Part shown: in pieces, positions 6,650 to 16,546 of the stretch | How positions within the stretch are numbered: the stretch's first letter is position 1 | Layout: every line of letters starts with the position of its first letter | Assembly: GCA_937927905.1 (NCBI GenBank) | Contig: CALFWP010000122.1 | Location: 1-37,624, forward strand | DNA from: an uncultured Neomegalonema sp. | Lineage (GTDB): Bacteria; Pseudomonadota; Alphaproteobacteria; Rhodobacterales; Rhodobacteraceae | Direction of reading: 5' to 3' | Length of the DNA: 37,624 bases | Notes under the pieces: model-generated | The model's input: only the letters and a program-made list of their open reading frames with translations | Databases searched by the model: none | What the model was told of the DNA's origin: nothing | Translations under genes and position numbers: made by a program

Positions 6650-8761
6650 TCAGCCTGCGGTCAGGTCTTCACCGGTGGATTGATCCACGGCTTTCATGGA
6701 GAGTTTGACCTTGCCGCGATCGGCGAACCCGAGCAGCTTGACCTTGACCACATCGCCTTCTTTGACGTGATCGGACGGCTTGCTTCCGCGCTCATTCGAC
6801 ATTTCCGAGATATGGACTAGGCCGTCTTTCGGGCCGAAGAAATTGACGAATGCGCCGAATTCCATGACCTTGACGACCTTGCCGTCATAGATCTTGCCGA
6901 CTTCCGGTTCGGCGGCGATGTGCATGATCATCTCTTTCGCTTTCTCGATCTGCTCGGCATTCGAGGAGGCGATTTTGATGATGCCTTCGTCGTTGATATC
7001 AACCTTTGCACCTGATTCCTCCACGATGCCGCGGATGACCTTGCCGCCCGAGCCGATGACTTCGCGGATTTTATCGGGGTTGATCTGCATTGTTTCAATG
7101 CGCGGCGCATGGGCGGAGAATTCGTCGCGGCCTGAGGACAGAGCCTTGCCCATTTCGCCGAGGATGTGATTGCGTCCGTCATGGGCCTGACTGAGCGCCT
7201 GTTTCATGATCGCTTCGGTAATCCCGGCGACCTTGATGTCCATTTGCAGCGAAGTGATGCCTTCGGAGGTGCCCGCCACTTTGAAATCCATATCCCCGAG
7301 GTGATCTTCGTCACCGAGGATATCGGTCAGAACAGCAAACTGCCCGTCATCTTCCAGGATAAGGCCCATTGCAACGCCCGCCACCGGACGGGTCAGGGGA
7401 ACGCCTGCATCCATCATCGACAGCGAGCCGCCGCAGACCGAAGCCATCGAGGACGAGCCGTTGGACTCGGTAATCTCGGAGACGACACGGATGGTATACG
7501 GGAAATCCGTTGCCGCAGGCAGAACCGCGTGGAGCGCCCGCCATGCCAGCTTACCGTGACCGATCTCGCGGCGACCCGGAGGGCCGAAACGACCGGCTTC
7601 ACCGACAGAATAAGGCGGGAAGTTATAGTGCAGCAGGAAGCGTTCGCGGTAATCTCCGTCAAGGGCATCAATGCGTTGTTCATCATCGCCGGTACCGAGG
7701 GTTGTTACGCACAGCGCCTGAGTCTCACCCCGTGTAAAGAGGGCCGAGCCGTGGGTGCGCGGCAGCATGCCGACATGGGATTCGATGGCACGTACCGTGG
7801 CCAGGTCGCGGCCGTCGATGCGCTTGCCGGTCTTAACGATATCCCCGCGCACGATGGATTTTTCCAACTTTTTGATACATCCGCCGACGGCGCTGCTGTC
7901 TTCCATCTCTTCTTCGGACAGCCCCCCCTGGATCAGGTCACGGGCGGCGGAGACTTTTTCCTGACGCTCGGTCTTATCGACGGTGCTGAAGGCATCGCGC
8001 ATGGCGCTTTCGCCGAGGCCTTTGACCTTGTCGTAAAGGGCGGAGTGATCGGCCTGTTGCACATCGAACGGCTCTTTAGCACATTCTTCGGCCAGCGAGA
8101 TAATCATGTCGATCACCGGCTGAATGGATTTATGCCCGAACATCACCGCGCCGAGCATCACATCTTCACTCAGTTCGGAGGCTTCGGACTCCACCATCAT
8201 CACGGCGTCCTGGGTTCCGGCCATCACAAGATCAAGTTTGCTGTCCGCAAGGTCTTCAGAGGTCGGATTCAGCTTGTATTCACCGTTGATATAACCGACG
8301 CGGCACCCGCTGATCGGTCCCATGAACGGCGCACCGGAGATGGTCAGGGCGGCAGAGGCCGCAATCATCGCCACCATATCCGGGTCGTTCTCAAGATCAT
8401 GACTGAGAACGGTACAGATCACCTGGGTTTCGTTCTTGAAGCCGTCAACAAACAGCGGACGGATCGGCCGGTCGATCAGACGGGAGGTCAGGGTTTCTTT
8501 TTCCGAAGGACGGGCTTCGCGCTTCAGGTATCCGCCCGGGATTTTACCGGCGGCATAGAATTTTTCCTGGTAATGGACGGTCAGCGGGAAGAAATCGAAC
8601 CCGGGTTTCGGCTTTTTCTCAAAGGTAACAGCGGCCAGCACGGATGTCTCGCCGAGTGTTACAATCACGGCTCCATCGGCCTGCCGTGCAACGCGCCCTG
8701 TTTCGATCGAAAGGGTTTCCCCTGCGTATTCTATTTCTTTACGGACGATATCAAGCATCAT
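6650..8761 (-). CDS. pnp: polynucleotide phosphorylase / polyribonucleotide nucleotidyltransferase
   Basis: [34 protein letters not shown]..., two RNase PH domains, then KH ([16 protein letters not shown]) and S1 ([15 protein letters not shown]) domains. The start is chosen at ATG 8761, after AAGGAAAG, giving 703 aa. The 59-codon upstream extension in the track ORF is judged non-coding. Confidence 0.95.
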   Translation of the reverse strand: MMLDIVRKEIEYAGETLSIETGRVARQADGAVIVTLGETSVLAAVTFEKKPKPGFDFFPLTVHYQEKFYAAGKIPGGYLKREARPSEKETLTSRLIDRPIRPLFVDGFKNETQVICTVLSHDLENDPDMVAMIAASAALTISGAPFMGPISGCRVGYINGEYKLNPTSEDLADSKLDLVMAGTQDAVMMVESEASELSEDVMLGAVMFGHKSIQPVIDMIISLAEECAKEPFDVQQADHSALYDKVKGLGESAMRDAFSTVDKTERQEKVSAARDLIQGGLSEEEMEDSSAVGGCIKKLEKSIVRGDIVKTGKRIDGRDLATVRAIESHVGMLPRTHGSALFTRGETQALCVTTLGTGDDEQRIDALDGDYRERFLLHYNFPPYSVGEAGRFGPPGRREIGHGKLAWRALHAVLPAATDFPYTIRVVSEITESNGSSSMASVCGGSLSMMDAGVPLTRPVAGVAMGLILEDDGQFAVLTDILGDEDHLGDMDFKVAGTSEGITSLQMDIKVAGITEAIMKQALSQAHDGRNHILGEMGKALSSGRDEFSAHAPRIETMQINPDKIREVIGSGGKVIRGIVEESGAKVDINDEGIIKIASSNAEQIEKAKEMIMHIAAEPEVGKIYDGKVVKVMEFGAFVNFFGPKDGLVHISEMSNERGSKPSDHVKEGDVVKVKLLGFADRGKVKLSMKAVDQSTGEDLTAG

Positions 8762-8896
8762 TCTTTCCTTGCGTAAGCGGATCGGGGCCTTCCCCGTGAT
8801 CCGCAATGCGGCGTAGTCAGACGCCGCGCGGTTCGCGCCGGATTGCGCGAAGGCCCTGGTTTGTTTGTCGTGGCGAAGGGCCGGAACGCCGGAGTT

Positions 8897-8930
8897 ATAA
8901 ACACCAAAGCCCCCGCAGGCATGCAGGGGC
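8897..8930 (-). terminator. candidate rpsO terminator/attenuator hairpin
   Basis: On the minus strand, GCCCCTGCATGCCTGCGGGGGC forms an imperfect stem and is followed by a U-rich tract (TTTGGTGTTTAT), about 65 nt after the rpsO stop. Confidence 0.5.
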
Positions 8931-8994
8931 ACCGCCACGCCCTATGGGATGCGGCACGGTGGGTATAATTTGTATAGCGTAATCACCGGCCCGC

Positions 8995-9264
8995 TTATTT
9001 GCGGATGCCGAGCTTTCCGATAAGGGCCTTGTAAGCCTCTTCATCGTTTTTACGTATATAATCAAGCAGCTTGCGGCGGGTGCTGACCATTTTCAGCAGA
9101 CCACGGCGGCTGTGATTGTCTTTTTTGTTTGTTTTGAAGTGTTCGGTCAGATTGGTAATGCGCTCTGTCAGAATCGCGACTTGCACGGGGGCGGAACCGG
9201 TATCACCATCAGTGATGGCGTGTTCCTTGATCAGTTCCTGTTTGCGTTCAGCGGTAATCGACAT
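8995..9264 (-). CDS. rpsO: 30S ribosomal protein S15
   Basis: [15 protein letters not shown]...[33 protein letters not shown], 89 aa. GGAGAAAG precedes the ATG at 9264. Confidence 0.95.
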   Translation of the reverse strand: MSITAERKQELIKEHAITDGDTGSAPVQVAILTERITNLTEHFKTNKKDNHSRRGLLKMVSTRRKLLDYIRKNDEEAYKALIGKLGIRK

Positions 9265-9268
9265 GGAT

Positions 9269-10192
9269 TTATCTTTCTCCGGCACCGGTCAGAAGTAAAA
9301 CACGCTCAGGGTGCAGCAGACCGGCCTTTATCCGGCCTATGGCAACCGGCACTCCGTCAAGAGAAGCCCATGCCGTCTGGCCGTATTCGTGACCGGAAAC
9401 AGCCACAGGCACCGCCTGCCCGTTTGTGAGCCTGTTTGCCTGCGCCTCTGTCATGGCAAGGGCCGGGATGCCGTCCAGCCCTGTCGCAACAGAGAGTATC
9501 CGTGCGTTGGAACCGTGCGTATGACGCATTTTTTCCAGAACTTCCAGTGAAATCGCGTCTTTAAGCGTAAAAGGCCCGGTTCGGGTGCGTCGCAGTTGCG
9601 TAACATGCCCGTAACACCCCAAAGCAAGCCCCAGATCGCGCCCGATGGCCCGGACATAGCCGCCCTTTCCGCAGGTCATCTCAAAAACGGCAGTATCTTC
9701 ATCGGGCTGTTCCACGAGGGCCAGTTTATCCATGCGAATCGGTCTTGCGGAGAGTTCCGGTGTTTCACCCTTGCGGGCGAGAGCATAGGATCGTTCGCCG
9801 TTGATTTTGATCGCTGAATAGGCGGGGGGAATTTGCTGAATGGTGCCGGTAAAACTTGGCAGGACGGCTTCGATCCCGGCGCGGGTCGGGCGGCGGTCCG
9901 AACGCTGCGTGATCTCGCCCTCGGAATCGTCGGTATTGGTGGCCGCGCCCCAGCGCACGGTAAAGCGGTAGGATTTGTCCCCGTCCATGACGTAAGGAAC
10001 GGTCTTGGTCGCCTCGCCCAGTGCCATGGCGAGAACACCGGTTGCCAGCGGATCCAGAGTTCCGGCATGACCGCATTTTTGCGCGTTCAACGCCCAGCGT
10101 GTTTTGCCAACCAGCGGCGTGGAGCCGATGCCGGAGGGTTTATCGAGGATCAGCCAGCCATGGACCGGATTGCCTTTGCGTTTTCGTGCCAT
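9269..10192 (-). CDS. truB: tRNA pseudouridine(55) synthase
   Basis: [13 protein letters not shown]...[14 protein letters not shown] (catalytic Asp motif), 307 aa, in the conserved truB-rpsO-pnp order. Confidence 0.92.
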   Translation of the reverse strand: MARKRKGNPVHGWLILDKPSGIGSTPLVGKTRWALNAQKCGHAGTLDPLATGVLAMALGEATKTVPYVMDGDKSYRFTVRWGAATNTDDSEGEITQRSDRRPTRAGIEAVLPSFTGTIQQIPPAYSAIKINGERSYALARKGETPELSARPIRMDKLALVEQPDEDTAVFEMTCGKGGYVRAIGRDLGLALGCYGHVTQLRRTRTGPFTLKDAISLEVLEKMRHTHGSNARILSVATGLDGIPALAMTEAQANRLTNGQAVPVAVSGHEYGQTAWASLDGVPVAIGRIKAGLLHPERVLLLTGAGER

Positions 10193-10225
10193 GGGTCGCG
10201 TGCCTAAGGCCCGTGCGCCGACGGG

Positions 10226-11662
10226 TCAAGCGGGTGTATTCTCTTTCGCTTCCAGTCTTTGCCGTACCCTTGCAAGGTCACTGACAAGCGTATGATAGGC
10301 CCGCTCGCGCTCTTCGGGTACGGTTTGCCGCAACACGGCGGCGGGGTGCAGACCGGCAAAGGCTAACCCGCCGTCAAAACAGGAAAAACCTTCCCTTGCC
10401 CCTGTCACGCTCAGCGTTTTGCCGTGCAGCGCCCGGATCGCGGTTGCACCCATAGCCAAAGTCAGGCGGGGTTTGATCCACGAGCGTTCAGCCTTCAGCC
10501 ACCGACGGCAATGGTCGATATGGGCGGTGCCAGGTGTGCGGTGCAATCGGGTCTTGCCTTTAGGGATAAAGCGGAAATGTTTGACCGCATTGGTCAGATA
10601 AAGCGCATCGCGCGATAAACCGGCCCCGGCCAGCGCCTCATCGAAAACCGCTCCGGCGGGGCCGGTAAAGGGCCGTCCGGTTATATCCTCGGTATCCCCG
10701 GGCTGTTCACCGACGATCATCAGCGGGGTATCCGCCGGACCTTCGCCGAAAACCGTTTGCGTGGCATGACAGGCATGATCGCATAAAGTACATCCGGCGG
10801 CCTCACGCCGCAAAGTATCAAGCGCATCGGCGGGCGTTGCGCACGGATCGGAAAATTCATAGCTGGCCTCACGCTTAACCGGTGTCGGTGCCGCGCTGAC
10901 CATTTGTGTTTCCAGCGCGCGGGCCGAGGCGATCAGCGGTTCTATCAGGTCGGCCTCAGGCAGGTTTTTCCAGTATTTTTTCGGCATCTCCGATGTCATC
11001 GCCTTTACCTTGAGGCGGGCCGGGTTAAAAATGCTGCGGAAATATCCGCGCCACAGGTCCTCCAACTCATCCCCGTCCGGAGCCTGTGCCGCCGTTGTAC
11101 CCTCTGAATAGGTTAGTGTTTCACGGTCCCAATGGGCGCAGCAGTCCGGTGTCAGGATCGACCAGCGCATATTCGAAAAACGGCGCATGAAAAACGGCGC
11201 AGCCAGTTCCGTAATCCGGTGTTCGGGTTCGAACCACGCAACAAAAGTTTCCTCCGCCTCGCCCTTAACCTCTCGGAACCTTACGAAAGCATGCATTTTG
11301 TGCCGGTCGCGCCGGATGGCTTTGGTCAGCTTGTGCAGCGTGTGGACATCCTCATCGACGCTGTTTGCAAGCAATCCGGGCATATCCTGTGACCGCCAGA
11401 GCAGGCGGTAAAGCAGGTCGAATCGTGCCGGATCACGGTGACAGACCGCCATCTGCGCATCGGTCAGAAAGGCGCGCGGCACGGTAATCTTTGCCTTAGG
11501 CGCGGTGCCTGTATCACGGGTCATGACATCGAACAGATCCGCCTCCTCTGTGCAGACACGCCAAACCACATCTTCGGGACGGATACCTGCGCCGAGCAGG
11601 GCACGGGCGTGATCCCGCCAGCCGCTGAAATCCGTCTCATGACCGATATGAACGATCCGCAT
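10226..11662 (-). CDS. DUF4130 (TIGR03915-like) fused to a UdgX-type family-4 uracil-DNA glycosylase domain
   Basis: The C-terminal half has the Fe-S cysteines (CTLCDHAC), family-4 motif A (VGEQPGDTEDITGRPFTGPAG) and the UdgX-like insertion KGKTRLHRTP (compare KRRIH). The N-terminal half resembles the DUF4130 partner domain. The start at 11662 overlaps the upstream radical-SAM stop (TGATG). Confidence 0.8.
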   Translation of the reverse strand: MRIVHIGHETDFSGWRDHARALLGAGIRPEDVVWRVCTEEADLFDVMTRDTGTAPKAKITVPRAFLTDAQMAVCHRDPARFDLLYRLLWRSQDMPGLLANSVDEDVHTLHKLTKAIRRDRHKMHAFVRFREVKGEAEETFVAWFEPEHRITELAAPFFMRRFSNMRWSILTPDCCAHWDRETLTYSEGTTAAQAPDGDELEDLWRGYFRSIFNPARLKVKAMTSEMPKKYWKNLPEADLIEPLIASARALETQMVSAAPTPVKREASYEFSDPCATPADALDTLRREAAGCTLCDHACHATQTVFGEGPADTPLMIVGEQPGDTEDITGRPFTGPAGAVFDEALAGAGLSRDALYLTNAVKHFRFIPKGKTRLHRTPGTAHIDHCRRWLKAERSWIKPRLTLAMGATAIRALHGKTLSVTGAREGFSCFDGGLAFAGLHPAAVLRQTVPEERERAYHTLVSDLARVRQRLEAKENTPA

Positions 11663-12900
11663 CAGAGCGCGAGCGAGAGCTGTTTTGCGGGCGGAGCCAA
11701 CAGGTCGCGCAAATCCGCCCGATCGGTTAAGGCGGTCGGCCTCCAATCCGCCGCCTCGATAAACGGTCTGATCTTTTTGATATTCCGGCACAGGCGCCCG
11801 ACATGCTCCAACCGCAAGCGGGTGTGCCGCCTTGCGGAGAGGATTTTACCTACGCTGCCTATGCCCAGGCCCGGCACTCGCAGCAGTATTTCTTTCGGTG
11901 CTTTATTCACATCCACCGGAAAGGCCGCCCGCCGGTTCAACGCCCAGGCCAGTTTCGGATCTATATCAAGAGGCAGCATCCCGTTTTCCATGCTGTGGGA
12001 AAGGTCATCGAGACCAAAGCCGTAAAACCGCCAGAGCCAATCCGCCTGATAAATCCGGTGCTCGCGCATCAGCGGCGGGCGTATCGGCGGCAGGTCTTTT
12101 GAGGCATCCGGAATCGGGCTGAACGCGGAGTAATACACCCGCTTGAGCTGATACGATCCATAAAGGTCAGCGCTGGAGCGCAGGATTTGCACATCTTTCG
12201 ACCCGTCAGCCCCGACGATCATCTGTGTGGACTGACCGGCGGGTGCAAAGCGCGGGGTACTTTTGAATTTTTTGCGCTCGTCTTTCCATTGCGCAATCCG
12301 CGCACGGGTCACGGCCATGGTGCTTTTGATACGTTTATCGTCCTTTTCGGGGGCAAATTTCGCCAACCCCTCACGGGTGGGAAGCTCGACATTAATCGAC
12401 ACCCGATCCGCCAGCCGTCCGGCTTCCGCAATCAACTCCGGATCGGCATCGGGAATAGTTTTGAGATGGATATACCCGCGAAAATCCAGCCTGTGCCGCA
12501 GGATACGGGCGGTTCCAACCAGTTGCTCCATGGTGTAATCGGGCGAGCGGATGATTCCGGACGACAGGAACAACCCTTCGATGTAATTGCGCTTGTAAAA
12601 GTCGGTGGTTAATGTAGCGAGTTCTTCGGGGGTAAACCGTGCCCGCCGGACATTCGAGCTGGAGCGGTTTACGCAAAACCGGCAATCAAACATGCAAACA
12701 TTGGTCATCAACACCTTCAACAGCGAGATACAGCGCCCGTCCGGAGTATAGGCGTGGCAAATCCCCATGCCTTCAGAAGATCCCATGCCCTTACCGCCGC
12801 GCGAATCGCGCCGTGTTGACCCGGACGAAGAGCAGGACGCATCGTACTTGGCCGCATCCGCGAGGATTTCGAGTTTTTCCAACCGTGTAATCGACGCCAT
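11662..12900 (-). CDS. putative DNA modification/repair radical SAM protein (TIGR03916-like)
   Basis: SITRLEKLEILADAAKYDASC..., radical SAM motif CMFDCRFCVN, about 412 aa from ATG 12900 (the track ORF begins at TTG 12912). This is the canonical partner of the DUF4130/UdgX gene. Confidence 0.85.
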   Translation of the reverse strand: MASITRLEKLEILADAAKYDASCSSSGSTRRDSRGGKGMGSSEGMGICHAYTPDGRCISLLKVLMTNVCMFDCRFCVNRSSSNVRRARFTPEELATLTTDFYKRNYIEGLFLSSGIIRSPDYTMEQLVGTARILRHRLDFRGYIHLKTIPDADPELIAEAGRLADRVSINVELPTREGLAKFAPEKDDKRIKSTMAVTRARIAQWKDERKKFKSTPRFAPAGQSTQMIVGADGSKDVQILRSSADLYGSYQLKRVYYSAFSPIPDASKDLPPIRPPLMREHRIYQADWLWRFYGFGLDDLSHSMENGMLPLDIDPKLAWALNRRAAFPVDVNKAPKEILLRVPGLGIGSVGKILSARRHTRLRLEHVGRLCRNIKKIRPFIEAADWRPTALTDRADLRDLLAPPAKQLSLAL

Positions 12901-12944
12901 AACCTTTACCAAACTATGCTGGAGCTATACCTGGATACGGGAAT

Positions 12945-12959
12945 GTACATCAAATGTTC
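12945..12959. promoter_or_regulatory. near-consensus alphaproteobacterial LexA (SOS) box, GTAC-N7-GTTC
   Basis: GTACATCAAATGTTC has one mismatch to GTTC-N7-GTTC. It lies 45-59 nt upstream of the radical-SAM ATG, in the divergent intergenic region shared with chvI. Confidence 0.5.
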
Positions 12960-13093
12960 CGCATAGCAAGGGCTGCGGATTGTCGCGGAGGCTGTCCGCA
13001 GTGCAAATTGTGCCGTTAACCTTCCTGCCATTGTCTCGCCCTTCAGGGAAGCTTATGCTCTGTTGAGATGAATTTTTCCGGAGTGCCGCTCTT

Positions 13094-13798
13094 ATGGTGA
13101 CGCCCACAATTGCGTTGGTCGATGACGACCGTAATATTCTGACCTCGGTATCCATTGCGCTGGAGGCCGAGGGGTTTGATGTGAAAACCTTTTCCGATCC
13201 AGCTGCTGCTCTGGCCGCGCTGAGCCAGTCCCCGCCCGATATCGCCGTGCTGGATATCAAAATGCCCCGCATGGATGGTATGGAACTGTTGCGACGTTTG
13301 CGGTTGAAATCCGATCTGCCGGTGATCTTTCTGACTTCGAAAGACGAAGAGATCGACGAGGTGCTGGGCCTGCGCATGGGGGCCGATGATTATATCCGCA
13401 AGCCGTTCTCACAACGACTGCTGATCGAGCGTATCCGCGCAGTTCTACGCCGCCGCGATGTACAGGTCGATGGCGGCGAGCGGGCGGAAAAAGACAAAAT
13501 CATGACGCGCGGCAAGCTGACCATGGATCCGCTGCGTCATTCCTGTATGTGGGATGGTGAACCTGTCACCTTAACGGTCACGGAATTCCTGATCCTGATG
13601 GCACTGGCCCAGCGGCCCGGTTTCGTCAAAAGCCGCGACAGCCTTATGGATGCCGCCTATGATGATCAGGTCTATGTTGATGACCGCACGATTGACAGTC
13701 ATATCAAGCGTATCCGTAAAAAGTTCCGCATGACCGATGATGAATTCGCTTCGATCGAGACACTCTATGGCGTCGGATACCGATATCGCGAAAGCTGA
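13094..13798 (+). CDS. chvI: OmpR-family response regulator ChvI
   Basis: [23 protein letters not shown]...[57 protein letters not shown] is very close to the ChvI/BvrR signature, with a winged-helix C-terminus (YGVGYRY). Confidence 0.9.
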   Translation: MVTPTIALVDDDRNILTSVSIALEAEGFDVKTFSDPAAALAALSQSPPDIAVLDIKMPRMDGMELLRRLRLKSDLPVIFLTSKDEEIDEVLGLRMGADDYIRKPFSQRLLIERIRAVLRRRDVQVDGGERAEKDKIMTRGKLTMDPLRHSCMWDGEPVTLTVTEFLILMALAQRPGFVKSRDSLMDAAYDDQVYVDDRTIDSHIKRIRKKFRMTDDEFASIETLYGVGYRYRES

Positions 13799-15557
13799 GC
13801 CTTTGCCCGATTCCGGCGTTACTGTTGTTCAGGAACAATCTGATGGAAAAGGCGTTCCGCCGCCTCTGGATACTGATCTCTCCGGCGGGGATTTACCGGT
13901 TCGGCGGCAGCGGACCAGACGCAAATTTTCATTCCGGTCTCTTTTACGGAAAGCGGATGTCCGAAGCTGGGTAAGAACGTTAAGCCCTTTAAGCAGCCTG
14001 GCCCAACGGATTATTGCTATTAATCTGATTGGCCTTGCAATGCTGGTGGCCGGTGTTCTGTTCCTGAATCAGCTGCGCACGGAGCTGATTCAGGTCCGTG
14101 TGAATTCTCTGGCAACCCAGGGAAAGATCCTGGCGACCGCTGTTGCGGAGCTTGCAGCCGGACCCCCGGATGTGAACCGCTATGATGCTTATGCCGCAAA
14201 TGATCTGTTGCGGCAATTGACGCTGCCGACAGGTCAGCGGGCGCAACTTTACACACGGGGACGACTGACCGGGGATACCCGCAGTTTTGATTTTACCGGT
14301 GTGCCGGTGGAAACGGAATTGCTGGAACCGCCATCACAGAAAACCGGGGGGTTTCTGGGCCGGGTAGAGAGTCTTTACAGCCGTTCGGCCAAGGCCTTTT
14401 TCGATGATGACCTGCCGCTTTATATCGAAACGCCCGTAGCCGGTATCACAGAGGATGCCGAAGTATACGAAGCCGCCCGTGGTACGGTGTCATCGGCGTT
14501 GCGCGTCAATTCCGGTGGACAGCTGATCGTTTCCGTCGCGGTCCCGATCCGGAAACTGAAAGCGGTGATGGGCGTGCTGGTGCTGTCCACCGAAGGCGGG
14601 GATATCGATCGTGTGATCCGTGTCGGACGTATCGAAATTTTACGTGTTGTCGTGGTTGCGGGCTTTGTTTCACTTTTGCTGGCGTTCTTACTGGCACGCG
14701 GGATCGCCAGGCCGCTTCGGAAACTGGCCGTCGCTGCAGAAGCCGCCGGAGTGCAGGAAGATATGCAAATCAGGCCGGACCGCATAGAAATTCCCGATTA
14801 CACAGCCCGTGCGGATGAAATCGGTGATTTATCGGGCGCTTTGCGCCGCATGACCAGGGCGCTTTACTCGCGCATTGATGCTATCGAGTCTTTTGCGGCA
14901 GATGTGGCACATGAAATCAAGAATCCGCTGACCTCCCTGCGCTCTGCTGTTGAGACGATGGAGCTGGCCAAAACCGATGCGTCCCGCGCACGTCTGCTGG
15001 AGGTGATTCAGCATGATGTCACCCGCCTCGACCGGCTGGTAACGGATATTTCGAACGCCTCGCGTCTTGATGCGGAACTTGTCCGCGAAAAACGCGCGCC
15101 GTTTGATCTTGGTGCCCTGATTGAGACCATGGCGGATATTTCCTCTGCAAAAGATCACGGTGTGCTCTTTTCCATATCGGTCCCGCCGACACCGCTGATC
15201 GTACAGGGCCTTGAAAGCCGCATCGGTCAGGTACTGGCCAATCTGATTGAAAATGCAGTGTCTTTCAGTGGAAACGGCAGCCACATTACACTGACAGCAG
15301 GCCGGGGGGAAGACGGGGCGGCCTGGGTGCGCATTGAAGATGAAGGGCCGGGGATCCCCCCGGAAAATCTGGAAAGCATATTTCAGCGGTTTTATACGGA
15401 ACGCCCGGCACAGGAAGAATTCGGCCGCCATTCAGGGCTTGGCCTCTCGATTTCAAAACAGATTATCGATGCTCATGGCGGCACGATCCGCGCGGAAAAT
15501 ATTATCACGGATAAGATGACGAAAGGAGCGCGCTTTACGCTGCAACTTCCCGGTTAG
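13767..15557 (+). CDS. chvG: sensor histidine kinase ChvG (ExoS/BvrS type)
   Basis: Arg-rich N-terminus, TM segment ([20 protein letters not shown]), periplasmic domain, HAMP, H-box ([19 protein letters not shown]) and HATPase motifs. The start is uncertain (13737, 13740 or 13767), and every option overlaps the chvI 3' end. Confidence 0.88.
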   Translation: MASDTDIAKAEPLPDSGVTVVQEQSDGKGVPPPLDTDLSGGDLPVRRQRTRRKFSFRSLLRKADVRSWVRTLSPLSSLAQRIIAINLIGLAMLVAGVLFLNQLRTELIQVRVNSLATQGKILATAVAELAAGPPDVNRYDAYAANDLLRQLTLPTGQRAQLYTRGRLTGDTRSFDFTGVPVETELLEPPSQKTGGFLGRVESLYSRSAKAFFDDDLPLYIETPVAGITEDAEVYEAARGTVSSALRVNSGGQLIVSVAVPIRKLKAVMGVLVLSTEGGDIDRVIRVGRIEILRVVVVAGFVSLLLAFLLARGIARPLRKLAVAAEAAGVQEDMQIRPDRIEIPDYTARADEIGDLSGALRRMTRALYSRIDAIESFAADVAHEIKNPLTSLRSAVETMELAKTDASRARLLEVIQHDVTRLDRLVTDISNASRLDAELVREKRAPFDLGALIETMADISSAKDHGVLFSISVPPTPLIVQGLESRIGQVLANLIENAVSFSGNGSHITLTAGRGEDGAAWVRIEDEGPGIPPENLESIFQRFYTERPAQEEFGRHSGLGLSISKQIIDAHGGTIRAENIITDKMTKGARFTLQLPG

Positions 15558-15706
15558 AGGCACACAAGGGGTATTAGCCCGGTTCTCGACCGGCTTTTGT
15601 ACTGACCGTCCTGTGCTTCAAATATGAAACCTGCCATGACCGTCAGACTTTGCATAAAATATATGCAGGCGGATACAGCACCTTATACGCTATGCAGCCA
15701 TAAGCT

Positions 15707-16429
15707 TCACGGCGTGTTACTGTGGGTGTGATCATGATGATGCTGATAAAGCGCCAGTGCACCGGCGGTACCGGTTCCGAATAATGCACGGTATTCAGGG
15801 GCTTCTGAAACAACAGTCGGTGTGCCCTCGCAACAAATATGACCGTTGACGCACAGCACGCGGTCCGATGCGCTCATCACGACGTGCAAATCATGACTGA
15901 CCATCAGAACACCGCATCCGGTCTGTTCACGTACCCGCTCGATCAGGTGATAAAATGTAACGGTTGCAGGCTGATCCAGACCCTGTGTCGGCTCATCAAG
16001 CGCCAGCAGGTCCGGTTTACGCAGGATGGCGCGCGCAAGCAGAGCGCGCTGAAACTGTCCACCTGAAAGTGTCGATAACTGTTTATTTTCAAGATCTTCA
16101 ATACCGGTATCTGCAAGAGCGGACCTTCGTTCCTCAGGCGTGCTTTTCGCACTGAGAGATAAAAAACGTCCGATTGTCATCGGCATTGTTTTATCTACGG
16201 ACAGCTTCTGCGGAACATACCCGATGCACAGATTATCACGGCGTTTAACCGTTCCGCTGCTGAGTCTGACCGCGCCGGTCAATGCGCGCAGTAACGTTGT
16301 CTTACCCGACCCGTTAGGTCCGACAATGGTGACGATTTCACCCGGAACGACCACCATAGATATATTATCAAGGATCGTATTGCCGCCAAAACTGACGCTG
16401 ATTGAGTTCGCTTCGATAAATGGCGTCAA
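15707..16429 (-). CDS. znuC: zinc ABC transporter ATP-binding protein
   Basis: Walker A GPNGSGKTT, signature LSGGQFQR, Walker B LLALDEPTQGLD, the ZnuC-typical CVNGHICCEGTP, and a His-rich tail YQHHHDHTHS. The TTG start at 16429 follows GGAGG. Confidence 0.8.
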   Translation of the reverse strand: MTPFIEANSISVSFGGNTILDNISMVVVPGEIVTIVGPNGSGKTTLLRALTGAVRLSSGTVKRRDNLCIGYVPQKLSVDKTMPMTIGRFLSLSAKSTPEERRSALADTGIEDLENKQLSTLSGGQFQRALLARAILRKPDLLALDEPTQGLDQPATVTFYHLIERVREQTGCGVLMVSHDLHVVMSASDRVLCVNGHICCEGTPTVVSEAPEYRALFGTGTAGALALYQHHHDHTHSNTP

Positions 16430-16546
16430 GGGGGCCTCCGGCTTTACGTTATGGCCGTCAAAAGTTACCTAAAAAGAGATGCCGATAAGCAAGAGAGGTT
16501 CTGCATGGGCAGATGTCTGCTTGCCAATTCTTCGAAAACCCAAATC

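Noticed and set aside
7166-8776. 536-aa ORF on the plus strand
   Set aside because: It lies entirely antisense to pnp, whose PNPase identity is unambiguous. The product is Arg/Gly/His-rich and low-complexity, typical of a shadow ORF in GC-rich coding DNA.
8762-8938. 59-codon N-terminal extension of the pnp ORF
   Set aside because: The canonical PNPase N-terminus (MLDIV...) begins at ATG 8761/8758, directly after AAGGAAAG. The extension covers the structured leader and the rpsO terminator.
11663-11791. N-terminal extension of the DUF4130-UdgX ORF
   Set aside because: It would overlap 130 nt of the radical SAM gene. The ATG at 11662 gives the classic stop/start overlap and a plausible N-terminus (MRIVHIGHETDF).
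12925-13377. 150-aa minus-strand ORF
   Set aside because: It is antisense to chvI and extends into the intergenic promoter region. The product is Ser/Arg-rich and low-complexity.
16430-16546. Looked for a Zur box upstream of znuC
   Set aside because: There is no AT-rich GTTAT-N-ATAAC-like palindrome, only weak imperfect hairpins. Not reported as a site.
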